Shown one piece after another: positions 10,538-19,679 of a stretch of DNA of 64,000 nt. The stretch covers positions 88,343 to 152,342 of the forward strand of contig JBBRQD010000002.1 in the NCBI GenBank assembly GCA_038227045.1, written 5' to 3'. The DNA is from Planctomycetota bacterium (GTDB taxonomy: Bacteria; Planctomycetota; SZUA-567; H5-PLA8). Made by a program: the position numbers and the translations under genes. The notes below the pieces were generated by a model that saw nothing but the letters and a program-made list of their open reading frames with translations, did no database searches and was not told where the DNA came from. Each line of letters begins with the position of its first letter. The first letter of the stretch is position 1.

Positions 10538-12837
10538 TAGGCAAGCCCTCGCCGTTTACGGAACAACCATTCGAGTGACAGACACAGCACGAGAATAATC
10601 GGCAGACCGTACGATTGCCAGAGGTTCAGAACCAGCGGCTGCGCCACGACGGTCGCCGGGCGTTCAGGGAGTTTCAACGATTTCCAATCGCGAAGGGACG
10701 CGACGGTGCCTCCTCTTTTTTGAGCGAGCGCGGCCAGCGCTTTTGCATCCGGCCGGACACGCTTGAATTCTTCGCGCGACTCCGCGACATTCCACGTCGC
10801 TTCTCTTTTTTGCGGCTGATCCGAACGTGTCGCAATCTCGACGCTGACTTTGTGCAGGCCACTCGCGCGGGGAGCGAACGTCACGGCGTAACGTCCGGGG
10901 GTGGCGGGATCAGAAGCTGAGCGCGCGACGATGCGTTCGCCGGAGGGCGTCGCGATGGCGAAATCGGCGGTTGCGTCCAGCAGCGGATTGCCGTCCGGAT
11001 CGCGCACGAAAATGGAAAACGTCGCCGGGCGGCCGGTTTCGAGCACCGCGTCGTCGCAGACAATCGAGCCGACCGATTTCGCGCTGCGCGGATCGTTGGC
11101 GAGCCAGCGCGCGATCAGGCTCCAATAGCGGCGGTGATAGTCGATGTCCGTTTTGCGCGCGAGCCGCCAGTGCCAGGTGCCGTCTAGCGCGGTTGAAAAA
11201 ACGTGCCCGCGGCCGTACTGCCACGCGGCAGAAATTGGGCGCGAGCCATTGCGCGTGCGCTGCGTCGGATGCGCCATCAAAAGAGTCGCGCCGGCTTTGA
11301 CTCCGGCAATCGCGTTGCCGCCTTCGACCCAGGGAAGGCCCGACCATGCTTTTTCATTTTTTTCAGGATCGAATTCGATCTGCATCAGCGGATGCATCAA
11401 GCCTTGCGTGGTCACCTGGACGTTGAACCGGTTGACCAGTTGAAGCTTTTTTTCATGCGCGATTTCGAACGGCACCATGCGCGAAATGACGGTGTCTTCG
11501 TAATTTCCAGCGCCGTACACTTTGAGTCCGCCGAGCGTCGCCAGTCCTCCGCCGTGCTGCCTGACAAACGCATCGACCAGCGCGAACCGCCCGCCTTGCT
11601 CGAAGACTTTGCGTTCCAGATCGCCCAGGATCAGCACGTCGAAATAATTCAATTCGTCCTGTGAATCGGGAAATCCGTTCTTTGGGTTTTTCAACACGGG
11701 CTTGCCGTCGGGGCGCGCCGCCGGACCTTGATAGAACCATTCCTGATCGCCGAGCCGCACGATTCCGTGAAAATCTATTGCGGGGTCGGCCTCGAGAACT
11801 TCCTTCGCATAGCGATATTCCCAACTCGGCTCGCCCTCCACGAAGAGCACGCGGATCTTTTCGGGGCGCACATCGAGGTTGAACGCGATGCTGTTGTTCT
11901 TGTCCGTCAATTCGCCGGGCATGGGCGCGATGCGCAGAATGTAATGTTGAATTCCGGGTTCCGGCGCTTGAAATTCCACTCGCGCGACCGTCGGCGCGGC
12001 GCCCGGCTTCAGCGCGATTTTCGAGCTGGCGACCGGTTTTTCGACTCCATTTTGGACGAGCACCAACTGCAGCGCCGCGTCACCTTCAATTCCCAGCGAA
12101 CGAATTTGCGCGGAAATCAGTGCGCGGTCGTTTTGATAGACGTACGGCGGCACGGACACGTCTTCAACGCTCACATCGCGGATGTTCTCGCCGTCGCCGA
12201 ACGTCAATGCGCCAATGGGCACTTGAACTTCGTCGGCGACGCGCGCAAGGTCGGCCGCGCCTTCGGGCTGCACGCCGTCGGAGATCAACAAAATATCCGA
12301 GACCGGGCGGTCCGCAAATCGCGACACTTGTTGAATGATGGCCTTGCCAAGATCCTGCGGCAATGTCGGTACAGTCGAACTGGAATTCAGCCATGAGTCG
12401 TTTGCTTCAAGGCCGGACGTTCGGTCGATGCGTACGGCATAATGCTTCTGAAGCATGTCGATCAATCCATGTGAAAGCGCATCCTTCGCGAGCGCCATGC
12501 GGGTCTGGCCACCGTCCGAGTCCGGCAATTCCATGCTGGGAGAATCGTCGATGAGCACGAGCATCTCCGGGTTGCGGGTTTTCATGACGCTGACGTTCAG
12601 CACTGCGCCTGCCGCCATGATCAGCATGGCCACGAACGCCAGAAGACGCAGACCCGCGAGGGCGATGCGCGTGCGAAGCCGCAGGCCTTCCGACGTGCGG
12701 TAATAGCAGAACGCCGAGGCCATCGCGACCAAGGGCAGTCCGATCCACAGCAGCGCGCGGCCGCCCGGCGCGAAGCTCCAATGCGCCCCGCCGATCCGCG
12801 AACCGAGGGCGCTCCATTCACCGTGCAGGAGCAACAT
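10537..12837 (-). CDS. Membrane-anchored vWA + class I glutamine-amidotransferase-like domain protein
   Basis: MIDAS LIDDSPSM and LLISDG. IRVLFVEGEPSWEYRY, FDVLILGD, WQYGRGHV and C-terminal TM LEWLFRKRRGL. Start uncertain (TTG 12858 or ATG 12837). Confidence 0.8.
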   Translation of the reverse strand: MLLLHGEWSALGSRIGGAHWSFAPGGRALLWIGLPLVAMASAFCYYRTSEGLRLRTRIALAGLRLLAFVAMLIMAAGAVLNVSVMKTRNPEMLVLIDDSPSMELPDSDGGQTRMALAKDALSHGLIDMLQKHYAVRIDRTSGLEANDSWLNSSSTVPTLPQDLGKAIIQQVSRFADRPVSDILLISDGVQPEGAADLARVADEVQVPIGALTFGDGENIRDVSVEDVSVPPYVYQNDRALISAQIRSLGIEGDAALQLVLVQNGVEKPVASSKIALKPGAAPTVARVEFQAPEPGIQHYILRIAPMPGELTDKNNSIAFNLDVRPEKIRVLFVEGEPSWEYRYAKEVLEADPAIDFHGIVRLGDQEWFYQGPAARPDGKPVLKNPKNGFPDSQDELNYFDVLILGDLERKVFEQGGRFALVDAFVRQHGGGLATLGGLKVYGAGNYEDTVISRMVPFEIAHEKKLQLVNRFNVQVTTQGLMHPLMQIEFDPEKNEKAWSGLPWVEGGNAIAGVKAGATLLMAHPTQRTRNGSRPISAAWQYGRGHVFSTALDGTWHWRLARKTDIDYHRRYWSLIARWLANDPRSAKSVGSIVCDDAVLETGRPATFSIFVRDPDGNPLLDATADFAIATPSGERIVARSASDPATPGRYAVTFAPRASGLHKVSVEIATRSDQPQKREATWNVAESREEFKRVRPDAKALAALAQKRGGTVASLRDWKSLKLPERPATVVAQPLVLNLWQSYGLPIILVLCLSLEWLFRKRRGLA

Positions 12838-12895
12838 TATTCGAGCCAACACTTCCAACGTCCGTCCTCCAAGCGCGCGAGAATTCCGCGCGGTG

Positions 12896-15373
12896 TCAAT
12901 TCGCCGTCTCGCTGCGCGAGCGTGCCGCGACGACGGTTTCAAGCAGTAGAAACACAAGCGCCGCGCACAGAAGAATGCGCCACAATTCGCGTCCAGTGGT
13001 CAGTTCATCGGCGATCGCGATACCCGATTCGCCGTCCGCGTCCGTCAGATGTTTGGCTGAGACTTTTGCGCCGGAGAACAGTGCGGCGGCATCGGCCATG
13101 GGCATCGATCCCTGTGTGCTCTCACGGTCGCCGTGGTTGACCGATACGGGGGCCATACGCGCGCCCAAACCAGGTTCGCGGATCAGTCCCTCCGCCGCGC
13201 CCGGTTGAACGCTGAGCAGAAAATGTCCTGTTTCAGTGGCGCGCGGAAGAATGACGCTCGCCGCGGCGATTGACGCGCCGTCCGTTCGATTCCACGGCAG
13301 CGATACATATCCGACGCCTTTTTCTTTTTGAATCAACCGAAACAATGCCGGTGTTCCGGTTGCGAGTTCGGACGGCACCAATGCCGACGCGCCTTCACCT
13401 ACGATTCGATTCGGTTCGAGAGCCAGCGCGACGGCCGGATTGCCGAGGTATTTTACGAGCGTGCGCGTCAGGATCACGAACGCCGGGCGCAAAGGCCAAT
13501 CGCTGTCCGACACGTGGCTGCCAACCGCCGACAAAATCACCGTTCCTTTTCCGACACGTCCTTGAACGAGTGCCGGAAACGACGGCGCGGACAGACTTGC
13601 GAGCACGCGCGTGCCGGGCTGTGTGTCGGGTTCGAGCGCGATCCACGTGTTGGTGCTGAGCGCGTTGAGTCCCCCGCCGATGCGCTGCTTCACGCCGGCG
13701 ACGGCGGGCGCGTCGTCCGCGAGCGAGGTCACGTAGGCGAAGTTTCCGGTCTTCCGTTCGAGCAGTTTTGCCGGCAGGAAACCCCACGCGTTGTAATCGT
13801 CGAGGACTGCCTTTGAGCCTGGAAAAATCACTAGTCCACCGCCGTCGCTGACGAAGCGGTGCAGTTTTTCGCGCGCGTCGGGTTCCAGCGTCGTGATGCC
13901 GCACAGAACAATCACGCTGTATTGGAATAACTGCTGGTTCTTCAGATCGTTCGCATCGCAATCGCGCACATCGACGAGATTCTCACCCTGTCCCGCCGTC
14001 GCCGAATCGGATGCCGGGCGGGGCGCGAGCGCGTTCATGACGAAAAATGTTTCACGGTCGGAGAGCGCCGCGCCCGGGGCTCCGTTGACGCACAGCGTCG
14101 TCACTGGCGGCCGGACGCCGATTTGGAAATGCCAACTGTTGTCGTAGTCGAACGTGTCCGTGGAACTTTTCAAAATGGCCGAGCACAACAAATTTCGTTC
14201 GCGGGTCATCGCCGAGATTGGAAATGAAACGAGCATCGACGTGCTGGCAGCCAACGGCGGAATTTCGATCTTTGCGGCCTGAGCGCGGTCTCCAACCACG
14301 ATGCTGAGCGCGGCGGTTTCGGACGGCCGGTTTCCATAATTGCGGATCGTGGCCGTACACATGACGCTCTGGCCGAGCACGACTTCACGCGCCGCGGGCG
14401 TGACATTTTCGATGGCCAGATTCGCGCCTGCTTCAGCCGGCGGATCGATGGCGCCGAGGGTCACCGATAGTCCTTCGAGTCCTTCAAATTTTTCACCCTG
14501 CCATTTGCTTTTTTGCAGATCGCTGAGAACGACAATGCGCCGTTCGCCATCGTGCGACTCGCGCAGCACACGCGCCGCTTTCGCAACCGAGGTACGCACA
14601 TCACCGGGCACTGCGGACACGCGCGCGTTTTCCAATTGCGCACGAATTTGCCCAATCGAATAATGGAGCCGCGGTTCCGACGGTTCGAGCGGAACGAGTG
14701 CCAATGCCAGGCCAGCCGGTGCGCGGTCAATTGCGGCGAGAAGGCGCGCCGAATCAGCGTCGAACTCCGGGCGCGACCACTCCGCCCCAGTCGTTTCGGC
14801 AGTGCCCGCCGCACCCGGCTTTTCCTCGGCCAACAGCGCCAGCCGCTGCCCTGTTCTCACTGCGAGTTCGCGTTTCAATGCTTCTTTATCCGATGTATAA
14901 AGGGGCGTCGAGGCTCCGGCCGTCAGGATCAATTCCACCCGATCGCGCGCATCTCCCGCATCAGCTTGTGCGGATTCGCCCGTATTCGATTGCAATGCAT
15001 CGAGCACCGCCGTGGCCGCTGTTTTGGCGCGATCAAAGAGTGTCTTGCCATCGCGCATTCGGCCCATGCTCGGCGAATTGTCGAGGACAATCGCTACGGA
15101 ACGGCGGCGCTCCCCGATGCCGCCGGAGCCTGTCGTTTGAAAAAACGGACGCGCCAATCCAAGCATCAACGCAATCAGGGCCAGTACGCGCAGCGCCAGA
15201 AGAATGCGGTCGATCAGCTTGCGCTGAATGACGTTGTGCTTGACTGTTTTATCGAAGAAGCGAAGCGTCGTGAAGCGCCGGTCTGGATAACGCTGCCGGT
15301 GAATGAGATGAATGAGCACCGGCACTGCCACTGCGGCGAGTCCGAACAAAAATCCGACAGCGAGGAAATTCAA
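12896..15373 (-). CDS. BatA-domain/vWA membrane protein
   Basis: N-terminal BatA (PVLIHLIHR...FTTLRF...LARP), MIDAS VLDNSPSM and VVLSDLQ, GATase-like domain, C-terminal ELWRILL..ALVFLLLE anchor. Confidence 0.88.
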   Translation of the reverse strand: MNFLAVGFLFGLAAVAVPVLIHLIHRQRYPDRRFTTLRFFDKTVKHNVIQRKLIDRILLALRVLALIALMLGLARPFFQTTGSGGIGERRRSVAIVLDNSPSMGRMRDGKTLFDRAKTAATAVLDALQSNTGESAQADAGDARDRVELILTAGASTPLYTSDKEALKRELAVRTGQRLALLAEEKPGAAGTAETTGAEWSRPEFDADSARLLAAIDRAPAGLALALVPLEPSEPRLHYSIGQIRAQLENARVSAVPGDVRTSVAKAARVLRESHDGERRIVVLSDLQKSKWQGEKFEGLEGLSVTLGAIDPPAEAGANLAIENVTPAAREVVLGQSVMCTATIRNYGNRPSETAALSIVVGDRAQAAKIEIPPLAASTSMLVSFPISAMTRERNLLCSAILKSSTDTFDYDNSWHFQIGVRPPVTTLCVNGAPGAALSDRETFFVMNALAPRPASDSATAGQGENLVDVRDCDANDLKNQQLFQYSVIVLCGITTLEPDAREKLHRFVSDGGGLVIFPGSKAVLDDYNAWGFLPAKLLERKTGNFAYVTSLADDAPAVAGVKQRIGGGLNALSTNTWIALEPDTQPGTRVLASLSAPSFPALVQGRVGKGTVILSAVGSHVSDSDWPLRPAFVILTRTLVKYLGNPAVALALEPNRIVGEGASALVPSELATGTPALFRLIQKEKGVGYVSLPWNRTDGASIAAASVILPRATETGHFLLSVQPGAAEGLIREPGLGARMAPVSVNHGDRESTQGSMPMADAAALFSGAKVSAKHLTDADGESGIAIADELTTGRELWRILLCAALVFLLLETVVAARSRSETAN

Positions 15374-16273
15374 CTATCTCGTCCTCCGCGCGCGGAAGGA
15401 GAAGAAGTTCGAGATGGTCGTTTCAATGGGCTGCGATGTGCGAACGAGATTGTAGTCGATGTTTGTTTTCAACAAGCCTTCGCGCAATTCACCGCAAAAT
15501 GCCGCAACGCGGCTCGTGTAAACGGAACGGAATCCCGCGGGGTCCAACGCCAGCCGGGAGCCGGTTTCCAATTCGAGGAAATTCGCCAGTTCGTTGTACG
15601 GCAGATCGAGTTCGCTGTCGTCGAGCACGTGAAAGACGATCACGTCGTGTTTCATGTGCTGGAAATGGCGCAGCGCCGTCAGCATGCTCTGCGGATCGTC
15701 GAGCATGTCGCTGATCAGGATAATCATGCCGCGCGTTTTGATCGTATCCGCAAGATGGTGGCAGACGGCGGAAACGTTGGTGGAGCCTCCCGGCTTGATC
15801 CCGGCGAGCGCGTGCAGAATCAACCGCAAATGCTGGCGGCTGCCGCGGGGCGGAATGTACGTGCGGACTTTGCTGTCGAAATTGACCAGGCCCGCCATGT
15901 CGTTCTGATGGATCAACAAATACGAAATGGTGGCGGCCATAAAGGAGCCGTATGCCAGCTTTGTCATTCTCCCGTCGCCGAAGTCCATCGATTTCGAACT
16001 GTCGAGAATAATGGTGGCTTTGAGCTGGCTTTCCATTTCAAAGCGCTTGACGTAGTACTTGTCTTTGCGCGCCCAGACGCGCCAGTCGACAGAACGCAAA
16101 TCGTCCCCCGGCGCATATTCGCGATGATCTACGAATTCGACGCTGTAGCCAAAATCGGGACTCTTGTGATATCCGACGAACGCGCCCCGGACGAGCTTGC
16201 GCGCGACCACCTCCAAGTTCGGCAGCTTGGCGAGCAAGTCCGGATCGAGAAATTTTGAGCCTACTGTTTTCAT
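15374..16273 (-). CDS. DUF58 (vWA-like) protein
   Basis: GYHKSPDFGYSVEFVDHREYAPGDDLRSVDWRVWAR, ILDSSKSM, ILISD. Directly follows moxR. Confidence 0.93.
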   Translation of the reverse strand: MKTVGSKFLDPDLLAKLPNLEVVARKLVRGAFVGYHKSPDFGYSVEFVDHREYAPGDDLRSVDWRVWARKDKYYVKRFEMESQLKATIILDSSKSMDFGDGRMTKLAYGSFMAATISYLLIHQNDMAGLVNFDSKVRTYIPPRGSRQHLRLILHALAGIKPGGSTNVSAVCHHLADTIKTRGMIILISDMLDDPQSMLTALRHFQHMKHDVIVFHVLDDSELDLPYNELANFLELETGSRLALDPAGFRSVYTSRVAAFCGELREGLLKTNIDYNLVRTSQPIETTISNFFSFRARRTR

Positions 16274-16279
16274 AGGAAA

Positions 16280-16359
16280 GTGGCTGGGCCGTCTCGGCCC
16301 GGCAGTCGTTGATGCACAATTTTGTTTTTAATTATTTGTGGGGCCGGGACGGCCCCACC
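16280..16359. repeat. Inverted pair of REP-like hairpins (GTGGC[AT]GGGCCGTCYCGGCCC family)
   Basis: GCTGGGCCG-TCT-CGGCCCGGC and GTGGGGCCG-GGA-CGGCCCCAC. Related copies at 45896-45918 and 31064-31086. Confidence 0.6.
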
Positions 16360-16365
16360 ACTTTC

Positions 16366-17385
16366 TTATTCTTTCGGCTCGGGGACAACCTCGATCAATT
16401 GCTTGACGATCTGCACCGAATCCATGCCTTCGGCTTCGGCGGCGAAATTGGGCACGACGCGATGCCGCAGAACGCTGACGGCGCATGCCCGGATGTCCTG
16501 CGTCGAGACATAGAAATTGCCGTTCAAGATTGCGCGCGCTTTGCCGCCGAGAATTAAATTCTGCACGGCACGCGGACCCGCGCCCCATTGCAGCCACTGC
16601 TTGGCGACTTTCGAACCGTCGGGTTCGCCCGGGCGAGTTGCACGCACGAGTTTGGTCGCATAGGCTGAGACGTGGCGCGCAACCGGAACCTTGCGCACCA
16701 ACGCTTGAGCGCGGACGATGTCGGCGGCGGTCATGACCGAATTCAGCTCCGGCTTGGCGTCGATGGTGGTCTGTTCGCCGATGAGGATTTCTTCGTCCTC
16801 TTTGGGATAGCCGAGGTAAATGTTGAACATGAAGCGATCCTGCTGCGCTTCCGGCAACGGATAAGTGCCTTCCTGTTCGATCGGGTTTTGCGTGGCCAGC
16901 ACGAGAAACGGTTCGTCGAGTTTATACGTTTTGTTTCCGACGGTCACTTCGCGTTCCTGCATGGCCTGCAGCAGAGCGGCCTGCGTTTTCGGCGGCGTTC
17001 TGTTGATTTCGTCGGCCAGCACGAAATTTGAAAACAGCGGGCCGGGCAGGAATTTCAAATGGCGTTCGCCGGTCTTGACATCTTCTTCGATGATGTCGGT
17101 GCCGGTGATGTCGGACGGCATCAGATCGGGCGTGAACTGGATGCGCTTATACTTCAGATCCAGCACGCGCGAAATGGTCGCGACCAGCAGCGTCTTCGCC
17201 AGTCCAGGCACGCCCACGAGCAGCGCATGGCCGCGGCTGAAGAGGCAGGTCAACACGTCGTCGACCACGTCCTGCTGCCCAATGATTACTTTCCGCACTT
17301 CGCCGAGAATTGCTTCGCGCGACTTTTTAATGCTTGCAACCGCCTGAAGCGCGTCGCCCGTACCTTTCGAATCATCACCCGCCAT
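16366..17385 (-). CDS. moxR: MoxR-family AAA+ ATPase
   Basis: Walker A GVPGLAKT, RIQFTPDLMPSDITG, Walker B VLADEINR, ATQNPIEQEGTYPLPEAQQDRF. Confidence 0.96.
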   Translation of the reverse strand: MAGDDSKGTGDALQAVASIKKSREAILGEVRKVIIGQQDVVDDVLTCLFSRGHALLVGVPGLAKTLLVATISRVLDLKYKRIQFTPDLMPSDITGTDIIEEDVKTGERHLKFLPGPLFSNFVLADEINRTPPKTQAALLQAMQEREVTVGNKTYKLDEPFLVLATQNPIEQEGTYPLPEAQQDRFMFNIYLGYPKEDEEILIGEQTTIDAKPELNSVMTAADIVRAQALVRKVPVARHVSAYATKLVRATRPGEPDGSKVAKQWLQWGAGPRAVQNLILGGKARAILNGNFYVSTQDIRACAVSVLRHRVVPNFAAEAEGMDSVQIVKQLIEVVPEPKE

Positions 17386-17594
17386 CGATTTCTCCCGTTT
17401 GAATTTTTTGTAGTAGTCGTTACACCGCGCGCTGAATCGCAGGTCATCATTAACAATCGATTTTTTACGATTCTATTTTTTTTCGATGTATACAATAAAA
17501 GTTGAACGCCGCTCGAGTTGGGCAACCGCTCACGATGTAACAATTGCGGGTTTCAAATTGGTTTATTTTGCGCGATTAAGGGAATAATTTATCG

Positions 17595-18971
17595 ATGAAT
17601 CTCATGCAACTCGTGTTGAAACAGATGCGAGAACGCGCGCTGGGAACGTGGCTGACTTTGCTTTCCGTCGTGCTGGGCGTGAGCCTGGGAATTTCGATTC
17701 TCATTCTGCGACGCGAGGCCGGTTCGCTTTTCGGGCAGACGGACTACGGTTACGACGTGCTGATTGGCAATAAGCGTTCGCCGCTGCAACTGGTGCTGAA
17801 TACCGTGTACCACATCGATCGCAGCCCCGGAAACATTCCCTATTCGCTCTATGATAACATGATGCGCAATCCCGCTTATCGGGCCGCCGTAAAGATCGCC
17901 GTGCCGTTTGCAGTCGGCGACAGTTTCAAAAATCACCGCATCGTGGCTACGCTCCCGAAGCTTTTTGGCGTGGACGAAAACGGACAGCCGCTGCCCGCTG
18001 AAAAAATCTTGAATTATCGTCCGGGCCGCGGCTACGAACTCGCGGCGGGGCGCGTGTTTCATCCAGAGAAATTCGAAGCGGTGCTCGGTGCGGATGTGCC
18101 GCAGCGAACCGGTTTGAAACTCGGCGACACGTTTCAAGCGACACACGGTCTGCCGGAACCCGGCGCGATTCCAGATGTGCACGAGCCCAAGTGGATCGTG
18201 GTGGGGATTCTTAAACCCACTCAGACCGCCAGCGACCGCGCGCTGTTCATTTCGTTGACGAGCTTCTATACCATCGCCGAGCACGATGCCGGAATGATTG
18301 CTCAAGCCATTCTGCGAAAAGGTCAAGGCGCCGCGGATCCGCCGGATGAAAATGCCGCGGCGAATAAGAAGTCGTTCGAACTTCGCGCAGACGGATCGAT
18401 CGATCTAAAATTGCCCCGTGATGTCTGGAGTCTTTCCGGGATCATGGTGAAGTCGCGGAGCGCGCCGATGGCGATGAGCCTCCTTTATACGATCAATAAC
18501 GGCAACGAAGCCGCCGCGGTGAATCCGGCGACGGTCATGCGCGAGTTCTGCGACCAATTTCTCAAAGGCCCCACGTTGGTGCTGCTTGTCGTCTCCATGT
18601 TGGTGACAGTCGTCGCCGCAATTGGAATTCTGGTCGGCATCTACAACTCCGTCACGGCCCGCATGCGCGAGATCGCCATTTTCCGCGCGCTGGGCGCCAC
18701 GCGGCGGACGGTGTTCTGCCTGATCTGCATGGAGTCCGGGATGATTGGTCTTGCGGGCGGCGTTTTGGGGCTGGCCGCCGGACATTTTCTGGCGGCAGCC
18801 GGTTCAATCTATTTCAACGCGTTTATCGGCGAGAGCATCGATTGGTCTGGCAGCGACCGGTATGAGTGGTATTATGTGCTCGGAGTTGTGATCATTGCGT
18901 TGATCGCTGGAATACTTCCCGCGGTGAAAGCGTATCAATCGCCCGTGGCAATACTGTTGGAGAACGCATGA
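17595..18971 (+). CDS. ABC transporter permease, MacB/FtsX type (PA4065/ZrgC-like)
   Basis: SPLQLVLNTVYHID..PGNIPY, AVGDS, FEAVLGA, REIAIFRALGA. Four TM segments. Coupled to a DUF3299 gene. Confidence 0.85.
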   Translation: MNLMQLVLKQMRERALGTWLTLLSVVLGVSLGISILILRREAGSLFGQTDYGYDVLIGNKRSPLQLVLNTVYHIDRSPGNIPYSLYDNMMRNPAYRAAVKIAVPFAVGDSFKNHRIVATLPKLFGVDENGQPLPAEKILNYRPGRGYELAAGRVFHPEKFEAVLGADVPQRTGLKLGDTFQATHGLPEPGAIPDVHEPKWIVVGILKPTQTASDRALFISLTSFYTIAEHDAGMIAQAILRKGQGAADPPDENAAANKKSFELRADGSIDLKLPRDVWSLSGIMVKSRSAPMAMSLLYTINNGNEAAAVNPATVMREFCDQFLKGPTLVLLVVSMLVTVVAAIGILVGIYNSVTARMREIAIFRALGATRRTVFCLICMESGMIGLAGGVLGLAAGHFLAAAGSIYFNAFIGESIDWSGSDRYEWYYVLGVVIIALIAGILPAVKAYQSPVAILLENA

Positions 18972-19546
18972 AGCCAGGCGCACTGCTGATGCCGATGCTC
19001 TTCGTCTGCTGCCTGAATGGGCTGGCTCAAGAGGTGAAACCCGTGGCGCCGACTGAAAATCCGACGACACCAACGGTTGCGCCCGCGAAGTACGCGCCGA
19101 CAGACCCGTCGGCGCTTGCGTTGGGATTGGATAAACGCAAGCCGCACGTTCCGCCGAAGCCCGGCGAAACCGCCGAAATGACCGTCAAAGAGCTGGGAAA
19201 TTTCAATTACGACGTGGATCGCGGCGGAAACATTCCCGAGGACGTGAAAAAAATGAGCGGGTGTTCGGTGCGCCTTCGAGGGTACATGATTCCGCTCGAC
19301 CAGCGCGAGAACATCACGCAATTCGCGCTGGTGCCGAGCCTTCTGTCCTGCTGTTTTGGCAAGCCTCCCCAAGTCCATCACAGCGTGATTTCGATCTGCC
19401 CCAAGGGCAAAGCCGCCAATTATTATGCCGACGAAATCATGGTCGAAGGCACGCTGCATGTGGAGGAAAAAAAAGACGAGGGGTATATCGTCAGCATCTT
19501 CCAAGTGGACGTGACCAGCGTCAAGCCCGCGCCGCAGAAACAATAG
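18968..19546 (+). CDS. DUF3299 exported protein (PA4066-like)
   Basis: Signal peptide, VRLRGYMIPLD, FALVPSLLSCCFGKPP, VEGTLHV. ATGA overlap with the permease. Confidence 0.8.
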   Translation: MKPGALLMPMLFVCCLNGLAQEVKPVAPTENPTTPTVAPAKYAPTDPSALALGLDKRKPHVPPKPGETAEMTVKELGNFNYDVDRGGNIPEDVKKMSGCSVRLRGYMIPLDQRENITQFALVPSLLSCCFGKPPQVHHSVISICPKGKAANYYADEIMVEGTLHVEEKKDEGYIVSIFQVDVTSVKPAPQKQ

Positions 19547-19569
19547 AAGCAGCCGTTTAGTCACACTCC

Positions 19570-19632
19570 AGAGCCGCGCACGCAAGTAAACGGCTTTATC
19601 TTGCCGGGCCGCTTACTTACGTGCGCGGCTCT
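19570..19632. repeat. REP-like inverted repeat (AGAGCCGCGCACGYMAGTAAGCGG family)
   Basis: Arms 19570-19594 and 19608-19632 are near-perfect inverted repeats. The same unit is at 63660-63686. Confidence 0.75.
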
Positions 19633-19679
19633 TTTCATTCGATGTGACTTGCCTTCGTATTGAATGTGTTAAGCGGTTA

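Noticed and set aside
14513-16258. 581-aa plus-strand ORF
   Set aside because: Antisense shadow of the BatA and DUF58 genes with no recognisable motifs.
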